Below are positions 49,579-58,800 of a DNA stretch of 64,000 bases, piece by piece. Position numbers and translations under genes: made by a program. The notes under the pieces are model-generated. The model was not told the origin of the DNA, made no database searches, and saw nothing but the letters and a program-made list of their open reading frames with translations. The DNA comes from an uncultured Thermoleophilia bacterium (GTDB lineage Bacteria; Actinomycetota; Thermoleophilia; UBA2241), in NCBI GenBank assembly GCA_963715985.1, contig CAVQSP010000014.1, positions 576,001 to 640,000 of the forward strand. Reading direction: 5' to 3'. Position 1 is the first letter of the stretch; every line of letters starts with the position of its first letter.

Positions 49579-49627
49579 CGGGTGAGCGCATGACTCTTAG
49601 TATCTCGCTCGTATACACGCTGCATCC
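49575..49627 (+). promoter_or_regulatory. sigma70 promoter P4 with phased heptamers
   Basis: TTGACG-N17-TAGTAT; AGTATCT (49599), CGTATAC (49610), TGCATCC (49621). Confidence 0.7.
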
Positions 49628-49731
49628 GGAGATATCGCGCAGCAGGCGCGACCAGCCGGGGCAATCGACTGCGGATCCTCGGAGGAGTCTCTCCTCTTCG
49701 ACCGACAGCACGCGGACGGGGGGTTGATCTG

Positions 49732-50688
49732 ATGAACCAGTACATGTGGGCCTACGCCGACCCGTATCAGTGGATGGAGCGCACGGCGAAGTTCCCGCCG
49801 ATGATCGTCACCTGCGCGGTGGACGGCGGCATCCAGGGCAAGGAGAGTCATCCGGCGCTTCCCGAGCTGCCCGACGAGATCGCCCTGGAGTGCCAGGCGG
49901 CCTACGAGGCCGGCGCATCGATCGTGCACATCCACGGTCGGGACCCCGACAACTTCACCAACTGCACCGATGACCCCGAGGTGTACCGGGACATCCTTGG
50001 ACGCGTGCGCGAGAAGTGCCCCGAGCTGATCATCAACATCACCACAGGCGGCGGTCCCACGACCACCGACGAGGGCCGAGTGGCCATCCTCGACGCCGGG
50101 CCAGAGATGGCGACCCTGAACCTCGGTCCGGACATGGAGCGCTTCGAGCTCGCGGAACGTAAGCCGCCGCTGCCGCACCCCCGCGAGGCGATGGTCGTCG
50201 ACATGGTCATGCCGTTCACCTACGGCTTCATCGACCGGCTCGCCGGCGTGATGCTGGAGAAGGGCATCAAGCCGGAGCTCGAGATCTACCAGCCCGGCCA
50301 GTACTGGGTGAGTCGCGGGCTGGCGGAGCGGGGCCTCATCAAGCCTCCGTACTCGCACCAGTTCGTCATGGGCGTGCAGACGGCCATCTACCCGACACCC
50401 TGGAACGTGCTGGCGATGCTGAGCGAACTCCCCGACGACTCGGTGTTCACGGTCGCCGCCATCGGCAAGTTCCAGTGGCCCCTCATCACCATGGGCATCA
50501 TCCTCGGCGGCAACGTGCGCGTGGGCCTCGAGGACAACCTGTACGAGCGACGCGGCCGCAAGCTGACGGGGAACGGCGAGGCGGTACAGAAGGCCGTGCG
50601 CCTCGCCCGGGAGTTCGGCCGCGAGATCGCCACGCCGGCCCAGGCGCGCGAGATGCTGGGGCTGTCGGCCACACCAAGCAGCTACTGA
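49732..50688 (+). CDS. Beta-keto acid cleavage enzyme (BKACE/DUF849, Kce-like)
   Basis: IVTCAVDG, PALP, AGASIVHIHGRD, NITTGG, PEMATLN, IKPELE, GGNVRVGLEDN. Confidence 0.93.
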   Translation: MNQYMWAYADPYQWMERTAKFPPMIVTCAVDGGIQGKESHPALPELPDEIALECQAAYEAGASIVHIHGRDPDNFTNCTDDPEVYRDILGRVREKCPELIINITTGGGPTTTDEGRVAILDAGPEMATLNLGPDMERFELAERKPPLPHPREAMVVDMVMPFTYGFIDRLAGVMLEKGIKPELEIYQPGQYWVSRGLAERGLIKPPYSHQFVMGVQTAIYPTPWNVLAMLSELPDDSVFTVAAIGKFQWPLITMGIILGGNVRVGLEDNLYERRGRKLTGNGEAVQKAVRLAREFGREIATPAQAREMLGLSATPSSY

Positions 50689-50703
50689 GCGGGGGAGTCA
50701 GTC

Positions 50704-51943
50704 ATGGAGGACGAAGAAGTCACGCGAGCTCTTCGAGCGTCTCGCGAAGGTCATGCCCGGTGCGAGCACCCGTACCGTCACTCACTACGACCCCTTCCCG
50801 ATCGCGCTCGAGCGCGGACAGGGCTGCCGTCTCTGGGACGTCGACGGCAACGAGTACATCGACCTGCTCAACAACTACACCGCCCTCGTGCACGGTCACA
50901 ACCACCCGGCCATCGTTGAGGCCCTCGCTCGCACGGCGACGGGGGCGCTTATCCGCGGCCGTGCCGGCGCCCATCGAGCTGCAGGGCGAGTTGGCGTAGC
51001 GCGCTGTGCGCGCGCACGCCCTCCATCGACCGCGTGCGCTTCACCAACTCGGCCTCGGAGGCCGTGATGATGGCTGTCCGCGTAGCCCGCGCCTACACCG
51101 GGAAGGACGACTTCATCATGCCGGCCAACGGCTATGGCGGGGGCTGGGACCAGGTGATGCTGGCCGGCACAGACGAGGAGCATCCAGAGGGCTCCCAGGG
51201 CAACGTACCGGCAGGCATCCCGAAGATCCTGACCGAGGTCGTCCACTTCGTGCGCTTCAACGACCTCGGGCACTTGGAGCAGGTGCTGGACGACGCACGG
51301 CCCCACCACCGCGGCCGTCCTGCTCGAGCCGATCCTTGGACACACCGTCGTGCCCGGCGACCCCGACTTCGTCCGTGCCGCCCTACGCCTGGCGCACGAG
51401 CACGGAGCACTCCTGATCCTGGACGAGACCATCACCTCGCGCCTGTACGTGGGCGGCTGGCAAGCCGAACACGGCATTGAGGCCGACCTGACCACTCTCG
51501 GCAAGACGATCGGCGGCGGCACACCGGTCGGTGCGTTCGGCGGCAAGGAGCACGTGATGCGCATCCTCGACCCGCGCGCGGACGACGCCCTCGCCGCGCA
51601 TGGGACCATGAACGGCAGCCCGCTGTGCATGGCCGCCGGCTGCGCCAGCCTCGACCTGCTGACGCAGGAGGCCATCGACCGCATCAACGGCATGGGCGAC
51701 TTCCTCACCTCTGAGCTCGACGTCATCGGCCGCGAGGCCGGCGTGCGCGTGCACAACTACGGTTCTCTGCTCCAGGTCATGGCCCCCGACATCCTCGCGT
51801 TCCACCGAGCCTGCCTCGAGGAAGGGCTGTACATCGCCCCGCGCGGCAGCATGAACCTGTCCACCGTGATGGACGACGAAGTCCTCGGGGAGATCGCTGC
51901 GGCCTGGGCACGCGCCGTGGAGCGGACCAGCACCGCGCACTGA
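50704..51943 (+). CDS. Class III aminotransferase (GSA aminomutase-like), several frameshifts
   Basis: MPGASTR, LWDVDGNEYID, HGHNHP, RFTNSASEA, ARAYTG, LILDE, LTTLGKTIGGG, HGTMNG. Confidence 0.85.
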
Positions 51944-52001
51944 AGGTCCGGCCCACGAGCAGTCCGTCCAGTCCAGAACTGACGAAGGAGAGCGCGTCAC
52001 G

Positions 52002-53447
52002 ATGGCGACCAAGACCGTGTCCTTGCTGAGCGAGGAGGCGCTGGACCGCATCCACGCCGAGTCCCTGAGGATCCTCGAGAACATCGGTGTGCGCGTGGAG
52101 AACGCCGGGTGTCGCGACGTGCTCATCAAGGCGGGCGCCGTGGCCGTTGGGCAGACGGACGTCCTGCGGCTGCCGGCGACCATGGTCGGGGAGGCCATGG
52201 CGCAGATCACCAAGACGTACGACCTCGTACACCCCGGGGGTGCGCGCATCAGGACGCCGGACGGCAGGCAGCACGCCGGCGTGCGCGTCAAGATGCCCAA
52301 GGTGCTCGACTACGGCGCCGACCACTTCCGGCCGCCGCGCCGCCAGGACGTGATCGACCTGTGCCGCATCACCAACGCCCTTCCCGGCGCCGAGTTCACG
52401 GTGGCCATCCAGTACCCGAGCAGCGACGTCCCGGTCGAGATCGACGTCGCCGACAGCCTCGGGCTGGTGCTGGCCATCACCGGCAAGCTCAGCCTGCTGG
52501 CCCCCGGCACCGTGGACGACGCCCGCACCTCGCTGGATCTGACGATGGCGGCGGCCGGCACCGACGATCTGGACCGCGACCCTGCCACCTGGGTGGAGAT
52601 CAACACCACGACGCCCCTCGTGCTCGGGCGCCGTGAGGGCGACATCATCCTGCACGTCGTCGGGCGCTGCTGCCCGGTGGACGTGGGGCCGATGCCGATC
52701 GCCGGCGTCGCGACGCCGGCGACGCTGGCCGCCAACCTCGCGCTCGGCAACGCCGAGGCGCTCTTCCTGTGCACCCTCGCCAACGCCATCTGGCCCGGCG
52801 CCAAGATCCTCCACGCCACGACCGGCTCGCTGATGAACATGCGCACCGGGTATCTCTCGATGGGCTCGGCCGAGACCTGTCTCCTGAGCAGCGGAGAGAT
52901 GGCGCTCGCCAAGTACTACGGGCTGCCGAGCACGCGCATGGGCGGCTACAGCGACTCCCAGTGGCCAGACGTGCAGGCTGGGATCGAGAAGGCCATGGCG
53001 CTGCTCATCCTCGCGCAGAGCGAGGCCGACTTCGTCACCATGGGCGGCCCCCTCGACAACGCGGCGCACCACAGCTACGAGCAGGTGGTCATCGACCACG
53101 ACATCTGGGAGATGGCGCAGCGGCTCACCACCGAGATCGTGGTCGACGACGCCACGCTGGCCTACGACGTCATCGAGAAGGTCGGCCCGGGCGGCTCGTT
53201 CCTCGGCGAGAGGCACACCAGGCGCGCCGTACAGGCGGGCGAGCACTACTACGGCGGCTCGTTCAACCACATGGGGCGCACGGGTCAGGAGTACACGATG
53301 CTGGCGCGGGCGCACCAGAGGGTGCAGGACATCCTGGCGCAGCCGTTCGAGTTCGGCGCGCCGCCGGACGCGGTGCTGCGCGTCAAAGACTACGTGCGCG
53401 CGCACGCCCTGGAGAAGGGCGTCGCGCCGCCGGCGTGGACGGAGTGA
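52002..53447 (+). CDS. Trimethylamine methyltransferase MttB superfamily protein, pyrrolysine-free
   Basis: RIHAESLRILENIG, AGVATPATLA, NAEAL, MNMRTG, GSAE, YYGLP, SDSQWPDVQAGIEK, SYEQVVID, VGPGGSFLGERHT. Confidence 0.92.
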   Translation: MATKTVSLLSEEALDRIHAESLRILENIGVRVENAGCRDVLIKAGAVAVGQTDVLRLPATMVGEAMAQITKTYDLVHPGGARIRTPDGRQHAGVRVKMPKVLDYGADHFRPPRRQDVIDLCRITNALPGAEFTVAIQYPSSDVPVEIDVADSLGLVLAITGKLSLLAPGTVDDARTSLDLTMAAAGTDDLDRDPATWVEINTTTPLVLGRREGDIILHVVGRCCPVDVGPMPIAGVATPATLAANLALGNAEALFLCTLANAIWPGAKILHATTGSLMNMRTGYLSMGSAETCLLSSGEMALAKYYGLPSTRMGGYSDSQWPDVQAGIEKAMALLILAQSEADFVTMGGPLDNAAHHSYEQVVIDHDIWEMAQRLTTEIVVDDATLAYDVIEKVGPGGSFLGERHTRRAVQAGEHYYGGSFNHMGRTGQEYTMLARAHQRVQDILAQPFEFGAPPDAVLRVKDYVRAHALEKGVAPPAWTE

Positions 53448-53520
53448 CGCCGGCGCGGGCCTGGGCCGAGGGCCAGGACTGAGCGCCGGCGCCGGAGCAA
53501 GATCTTCGAGGAGGCGGAAC

Positions 53521-54372
53521 GTGGCGAAGAAGAGCGTCTTCGACCTGCACGAGATGAAGCGCGCCGGCGAGCAGATCGCCTGGCTCACCGCCTACGACTA
53601 CCCGACGGCGCAGTTCGAGGAGGCGGCCGGCGTCGACATGATCCTCGTCGGCGACTCGCTGGGCATGTGCGTCTACGGCTACCCCGGCACCGTCCCGGTG
53701 ACGATGGACCAGTGCCTCGTGCACAGTGAAGCGGTGCGCCGCGGCGCCCCGGACACCTTCGTCCTCGGCGACATGCCGCTGGGCAGCTACCAGGCCTGCG
53801 ACGCAGACGCCGTGCGCAACGCCATCCGCTTCCTGAAAGAGGCGAACGTCGACGCCGTCAAGCTCGAGGGCGGCGTGCGCACGCTCTCCCGCGTCACGGC
53901 GATCCTCGCGGCCGGCGTCGCCGTCTGCGGCCACATCGGGCTCACGCCGCAGTCCTCGGGGCAGCTCGGCGGGCACAAGGCGCAGGGCCGCACCCTCGCC
54001 TCGGCCCAGCTCGTCGTCGAGGACGCCCGCGCCCTCTACGAGGCCGGCGTCCAGCTCCTCCTCGTCGAGGCCGTGCCCCCCGAGGTCGCCGCCTTCATCG
54101 CCCGCGAGCTGCCCATCCCCGTGCTCGGCATCGGGGCGGGGGCGGACGTTGACGGGCAAGTGTTGATCGTCAGCGACGTTCTCGGCACCTTTCAGGCGTT
54201 CACGCCGAAGTTCGTCAAACGGTACGCCGACCTCGCCGAGGTCGCGACGTCGGCCTTGCGGGAGTACGTCTCCGACGTGAGGAGCGGAGCCTTTCCGGAG
54301 GAGACTCACTGCTACCGCATGCTGGACGGCGAGCACGAGCGGTTCGCCGCCTGGGCGCGGGAGTCCCGATGA
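53521..54372 (+). CDS. panB: 3-methyl-2-oxobutanoate hydroxymethyltransferase
   Basis: LTAYD, ILVGDSLG, DMP, KLEGG, GHIGLTPQ, GIGAG, DGQVL, PKFVKRY. Confidence 0.93.
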   Translation: MAKKSVFDLHEMKRAGEQIAWLTAYDYPTAQFEEAAGVDMILVGDSLGMCVYGYPGTVPVTMDQCLVHSEAVRRGAPDTFVLGDMPLGSYQACDADAVRNAIRFLKEANVDAVKLEGGVRTLSRVTAILAAGVAVCGHIGLTPQSSGQLGGHKAQGRTLASAQLVVEDARALYEAGVQLLLVEAVPPEVAAFIARELPIPVLGIGAGADVDGQVLIVSDVLGTFQAFTPKFVKRYADLAEVATSALREYVSDVRSGAFPEETHCYRMLDGEHERFAAWARESR

Positions 54373-55595
54373 TCTCGCGCACGGTCGCACCGGGGTTCCT
54401 TGCGGCGCAGCGCGTCGACCGCCTCGGTACGGAGCTGGTCTTCGAGGTGGCGGAGGAGGCGAAGGCGCTGGCCGCACGTGGCCGCGCCGTGTATCCCTTC
54501 CACATGGGTGAGCTGGACTTCGCGACCGCCGACCACATCGTCGAGGCCTGCGCCCGGGCGCTCAGGGACGGCAAGACCAAGTACACGCCCAACGGCGGCC
54601 TGCCCGCGCTGAGAGAGGCGCTGGCGGAGGACGTCGCCGCAGAGCGCGGAGTCGTCTACGGCCCGGACAACGTCGCCATCCAGCCCGCCGGCAAGCCCGT
54701 GATCGGCAAGTTCCTGCTGACGCTCATGGACCCCGGAGACGAGGTGCTCTACCCGAACCCCGGGTTCCCCATCTACAGCTCGCTCATCGACTTCTTCGGC
54801 GGCGTCGCCGTGCCGTATCCGTACCTCGAACGCGCGGACGGCTTCCACATCGACCTCGACAGGCTTGAGAGCAGCATCACCCCGCGCACGCGCCTCCTCA
54901 TCCTCAACGACCAGCACAACCCCACAGGCGGCGAGTGCACGCCCCCCGAGCAGGCACGCCTCGCGGAGCTCGTGCTCCGCCACAACCTGTTCGTGCTCTC
55001 CGACGAGGCCTACTTCGCGATCCGCTACGAGGGTGAGAGCCGGTCCATCGTGTCGCTGCCCGGCATGGCCGAGCGGACCGTCATCCTCTACACCTTCGGC
55101 AAGAAGTACGCGATGACGGGGTTCCGCCTGGGCGCTGCCATCGGACCCCGCCCGGTGATCGATGTGATCGTCCGGCTGAACGTCAACTGGGAGGCCTGCT
55201 GCAACGAGTTCGCACAGTACGGCGCGGTGGCGGCGCTGACCGGTGACCAGGCGTCCCGTCTGCGCATGCTCGACGTGCTGCGCGAGCGGCGGGACGCGGG
55301 CGCTGCGATCCTGGACGACACGCCGGGCATCGTTTGCCGGCGACCCGACACCACGTTCTACCTGTACCCCAACGTCACCGGCGCAGTGCGCCTGTGCGGT
55401 TGTGACGACCACGAGACGTTCCGGCGCCTGGTGCTCGAGAAGACGGGCGTGTCGTTCTGTACGCGGCCGCAGTTCGGCACGCCGCTGCCCGGGGAGCGCG
55501 ACTACTTCCTGCGCATCTCCTACTCCGGCCTCACGACTGCACTCATTGAGGAGGGCCTGGGCGAGCTGCGGTCGTTCTTGCGCACCTTGTCCTGA
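54369..55595 (+). CDS. Class I/II (aspartate-type) aminotransferase
   Basis: GELDF, KYTPNGG, PGDEV, NPTG, SDEAY, TFGKKYAMTGFRLG, FYLYP. Confidence 0.92.
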   Translation: MISRTVAPGFLAAQRVDRLGTELVFEVAEEAKALAARGRAVYPFHMGELDFATADHIVEACARALRDGKTKYTPNGGLPALREALAEDVAAERGVVYGPDNVAIQPAGKPVIGKFLLTLMDPGDEVLYPNPGFPIYSSLIDFFGGVAVPYPYLERADGFHIDLDRLESSITPRTRLLILNDQHNPTGGECTPPEQARLAELVLRHNLFVLSDEAYFAIRYEGESRSIVSLPGMAERTVILYTFGKKYAMTGFRLGAAIGPRPVIDVIVRLNVNWEACCNEFAQYGAVAALTGDQASRLRMLDVLRERRDAGAAILDDTPGIVCRRPDTTFYLYPNVTGAVRLCGCDDHETFRRLVLEKTGVSFCTRPQFGTPLPGERDYFLRISYSGLTTALIEEGLGELRSFLRTLS

Positions 55596-55802
55596 CCACC
55601 ATCCCGAATCCGGCACCTCGCGACCTCGAAGCACCGCCGGTCAGGGCCGGCTGCGATCCGGCGGCGACCACAGGACACACCAGGTCGAACCTATGGTTAG
55701 CCTCTGTTGCATCGGACTCCCTGGGGAGCGACGCTGTGAGGCGTCAAGTGGAGCCACTGCCCCGGGCAGCTCGTGCGGGGCCGAGCGCAGAGGAGACGGT
55801 CG

Positions 55803-58800
55803 ATGAGCACCCTCAGCCCGCGACGTCACAGCGATCCCGGGACGCGGACCGCAGGCCGCGACGACGTCGAGGCCGCCATCCGCGCCAAAGCGCACGAGCT
55901 CTTCACGCTCGTCGGACGGCATCGGTCCTCGCCGTTGACGGGTGAGCGCTGGCAGAGCGAGATGATGGCCTGGGCCACGGCGGACGAGCGGCTCAAGATC
56001 GAGCTCTTCCGCTTCATCGACGTGTTCCCGACGTTGCGCACCGGGGCCGACATCCAGCGTCATCTGCGCGAGTACCTCGACCAGCCTGGTCTGGCGACGC
56101 CACGGCTCCTGCGCGCCGGCCTCGCGGCCTCGCGGGAGCGCCACGTGGCACCGCTGGCCGCGGCCCTGATCCGGCGGCAGATGCTGAGCTTCGCGCGGCG
56201 CTTCATCGTCGGCCGCGATGCCGAGGACGCCCTTCCGGCACTCCGTGCGCTGCGCCGCCGCGGCATGGGATTCACGCTCGACGTGCTCGGCGAGGCCTCC
56301 GTGGGAGAACTGGAGGTGGCGGCCTACCAGGAGCGCTACCTCCAACTGCTCGAGGGACTCCGTCACGAGGCCGAGAGCTGGCCCTTCGATCCCATCCTGG
56401 ACCGCGCGGCGTGGGGGCCGGTGCCACGCGTCAACGTCTCGATCAAGATCACGTCTCTCTATTCGCAGATAGACCCGCTGGCCTTCCGCCGCTCGGTGGA
56501 CGCGGTGAAGGACAGGCTGCGTCCGGTCCTTCGCAGGGCGGCAGCGACCGGCGCCTTCGTGAACCTCGACCTCGAGCAGTTCCGCTATCGCGATCTCACG
56601 TTCGCCGTGTTCAAGGAACTGCTGGACGAGGACGAGTTCGCGCACTACGACGAGGCCGGAGTGGTCGTGCAGGCGTACCTGCGTGACGCCGAGGCCGACA
56701 TCCGTGCACTCATCGAATGGGCACGCGAGCGCGGGCGCGTGGTCACGGTGCGCCTCGTGAAGGGCGCGTACTGGGACTACGAGACGGTGCAGGCGGCGCA
56801 GGAGGGGTGGCCGGCCCCGGTGTTCACGCACAAGCCTGATTCGGACGTGACGTACGAGCGCATCACGCGCCTCATGCTGGAGCATCCGGCGCAGATCCGC
56901 CCCGCCTTCGCCAGTCACAACGTGCGTTCGCTCGCCTGCGCCATCGCCACGGCGGAGTCGCTGGGGTTGGCGAGCGACGCGTTCGAGCTCCAGCTTCTGC
57001 ACGGCATGGGTGAGCCAATCAAGGCGGCGCTCAGAGCCATGGGCCTGCGCGTCAGGGAGTACGCGCCGGTCGGGGAGCTCATCCCCGGCATGGCGTACTT
57101 CGTCCGCCGCCTGCTCGAGAACACGGCCAACGAGTCGTTTCTGCGGCTCACCTTCGCCGAGGGCGAGGACCGGGAGCGCCTGGAGCGTGCGCCGCGGCCG
57201 TCGCCCGACGTGGACCGGCCGCCGCAGCGGCTGCCCGCCGGCGCGCCCACCCACGTCGCCTATCCCGGCGCGTTCACCAATCAGCCGCACGCCGACTTCT
57301 CGCGGGAGGAGAACCGGACGGCCTTCGCCGAAGCCCTTGCGCGCGTGAGCGCCGGCACGGCTGCAGCGGGGGTCGGCCACCACTGGCCGCTCTGGATCGA
57401 CGGGGAGGCCGTGGAGACCGTCGACACCCTGACGTCTGTCGAGCCTGCCCGGCCGCAACGGGTGGTCGGGACGGCGGCGTACGCGGGCCCCCTCGAGGCG
57501 GAGGGCGCGGTGGCCGCGGCGCGCGCTGCCTTCACGTCGTGGAGCGTCACGCCGCCGGCGGGGCGCGCGGAGGTCCTCTTCCGCGCCGCCGAGCTGATGC
57601 GCCGCGAGCTCTTCGAGCTCGCGGCCCTCGAGGTGTTCGAGGCGGGCAAGACGTGGCGGGAGGCCGATGCCGACGTCGGCGAGGCCGTCGACTTCCTCGA
57701 GTACTACGGGCGTGAGATCCTGCGGCTCGAGGCCGAAGGCCGACTGGCCGCCGGGGACGACCGCGGCGACGGCCTCCTGCGGCCCCTGGGCGTCGCCCTC
57801 GTCGTCGCCCCGTGGAACTTCCCCCTCGCCATCCTCACCGGGATGGCCAGCGCCGCCCTGGTCACCGGCAACACCGTCATCGTCAAACCGGCGGGGCCGA
57901 CACCGGTGATCGGCGCGCAGCTGGCGCGCATCCTGCACGCCGCCGGCGCGCCGCCCGGGACCTTCAACTACCTACCTTCGCCCGGCGCCACCGTGGGTGA
58001 CCTCCTCGTGCGGCACCCGGGCGTGGACATCATCGTGTTCACCGGCTCCAAGGACGTGGGTCTGCACATCATCGAGGAGGCGGCCTGCCACCCCACCTCT
58101 CGCGGCCTGAAGCGGGTGATCGCCGAGATGGGCGGCAAGAACGCGCTCATCGTCGACGCCGACGCCGACCTCGACGTGGCCGTGCAGGAGTCCGTCGTCA
58201 GCGCCTTCCACTTCCAGGGCCAGAAGTGCTCGGCGGCCTCCCGCATCATCGTCCTGGAGTCCGCCTACGACGAGTTCCTCGCGCGTTTCGTGGACGCCGC
58301 GCGATCAGTAACGGTCGGCCCGCCCGACGATCCCTCCAGCCGCATGGGCCCAATCATCTCGGATGAAGCGCGGAAGACCATCGAGGCCTACATCGAGCAG
58401 GGCCTGCGGGAGGGCCGGCCGGCCCTCGTGACGAGGCCGCCGGCCGGCGGCTGGCCCGATGGCGGCTTCTATGTCGGTCCGCACGTGTTCGCCGACGTCG
58501 CGCCGACGGCGGTCATCGCCCAGGAGGAGATCTTCGGACCCGTGGTGGCCGTGATCAAGGTCCGCGACATCGATGAGGCGCTCGCCGTCGCCAACGGCAC
58601 GGAGTACGCGCTCACCGGCGGGTTGATCTCACGAAGCCCGGCGACGATCGCCCGTGTGCGCCGCGAGTTCAAGGTCGGCAACCTCTACATCAACCGGGGC
58701 ACGACGGGAGCCCTCGTGGAGCGCCAGGCGTTCGGCGGCTTCAAGATGAGCGGCATCGGCAGCAAGGCCGGCGGTCCGGACTACCTCGTGCAGTTCCTGA

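Noticed and set aside
44352-53447. Pyrrolysine or selenocysteine recoding in mtmB/mttB
   Set aside because: No in-frame TAG or TGA at the relevant sites, and no pyl or sel genes in the window.
55706-55711. GTTGCA PutA-type operator upstream of putA
   Set aside because: A single hexamer, and this PutA has no N-terminal ribbon-helix-helix domain.
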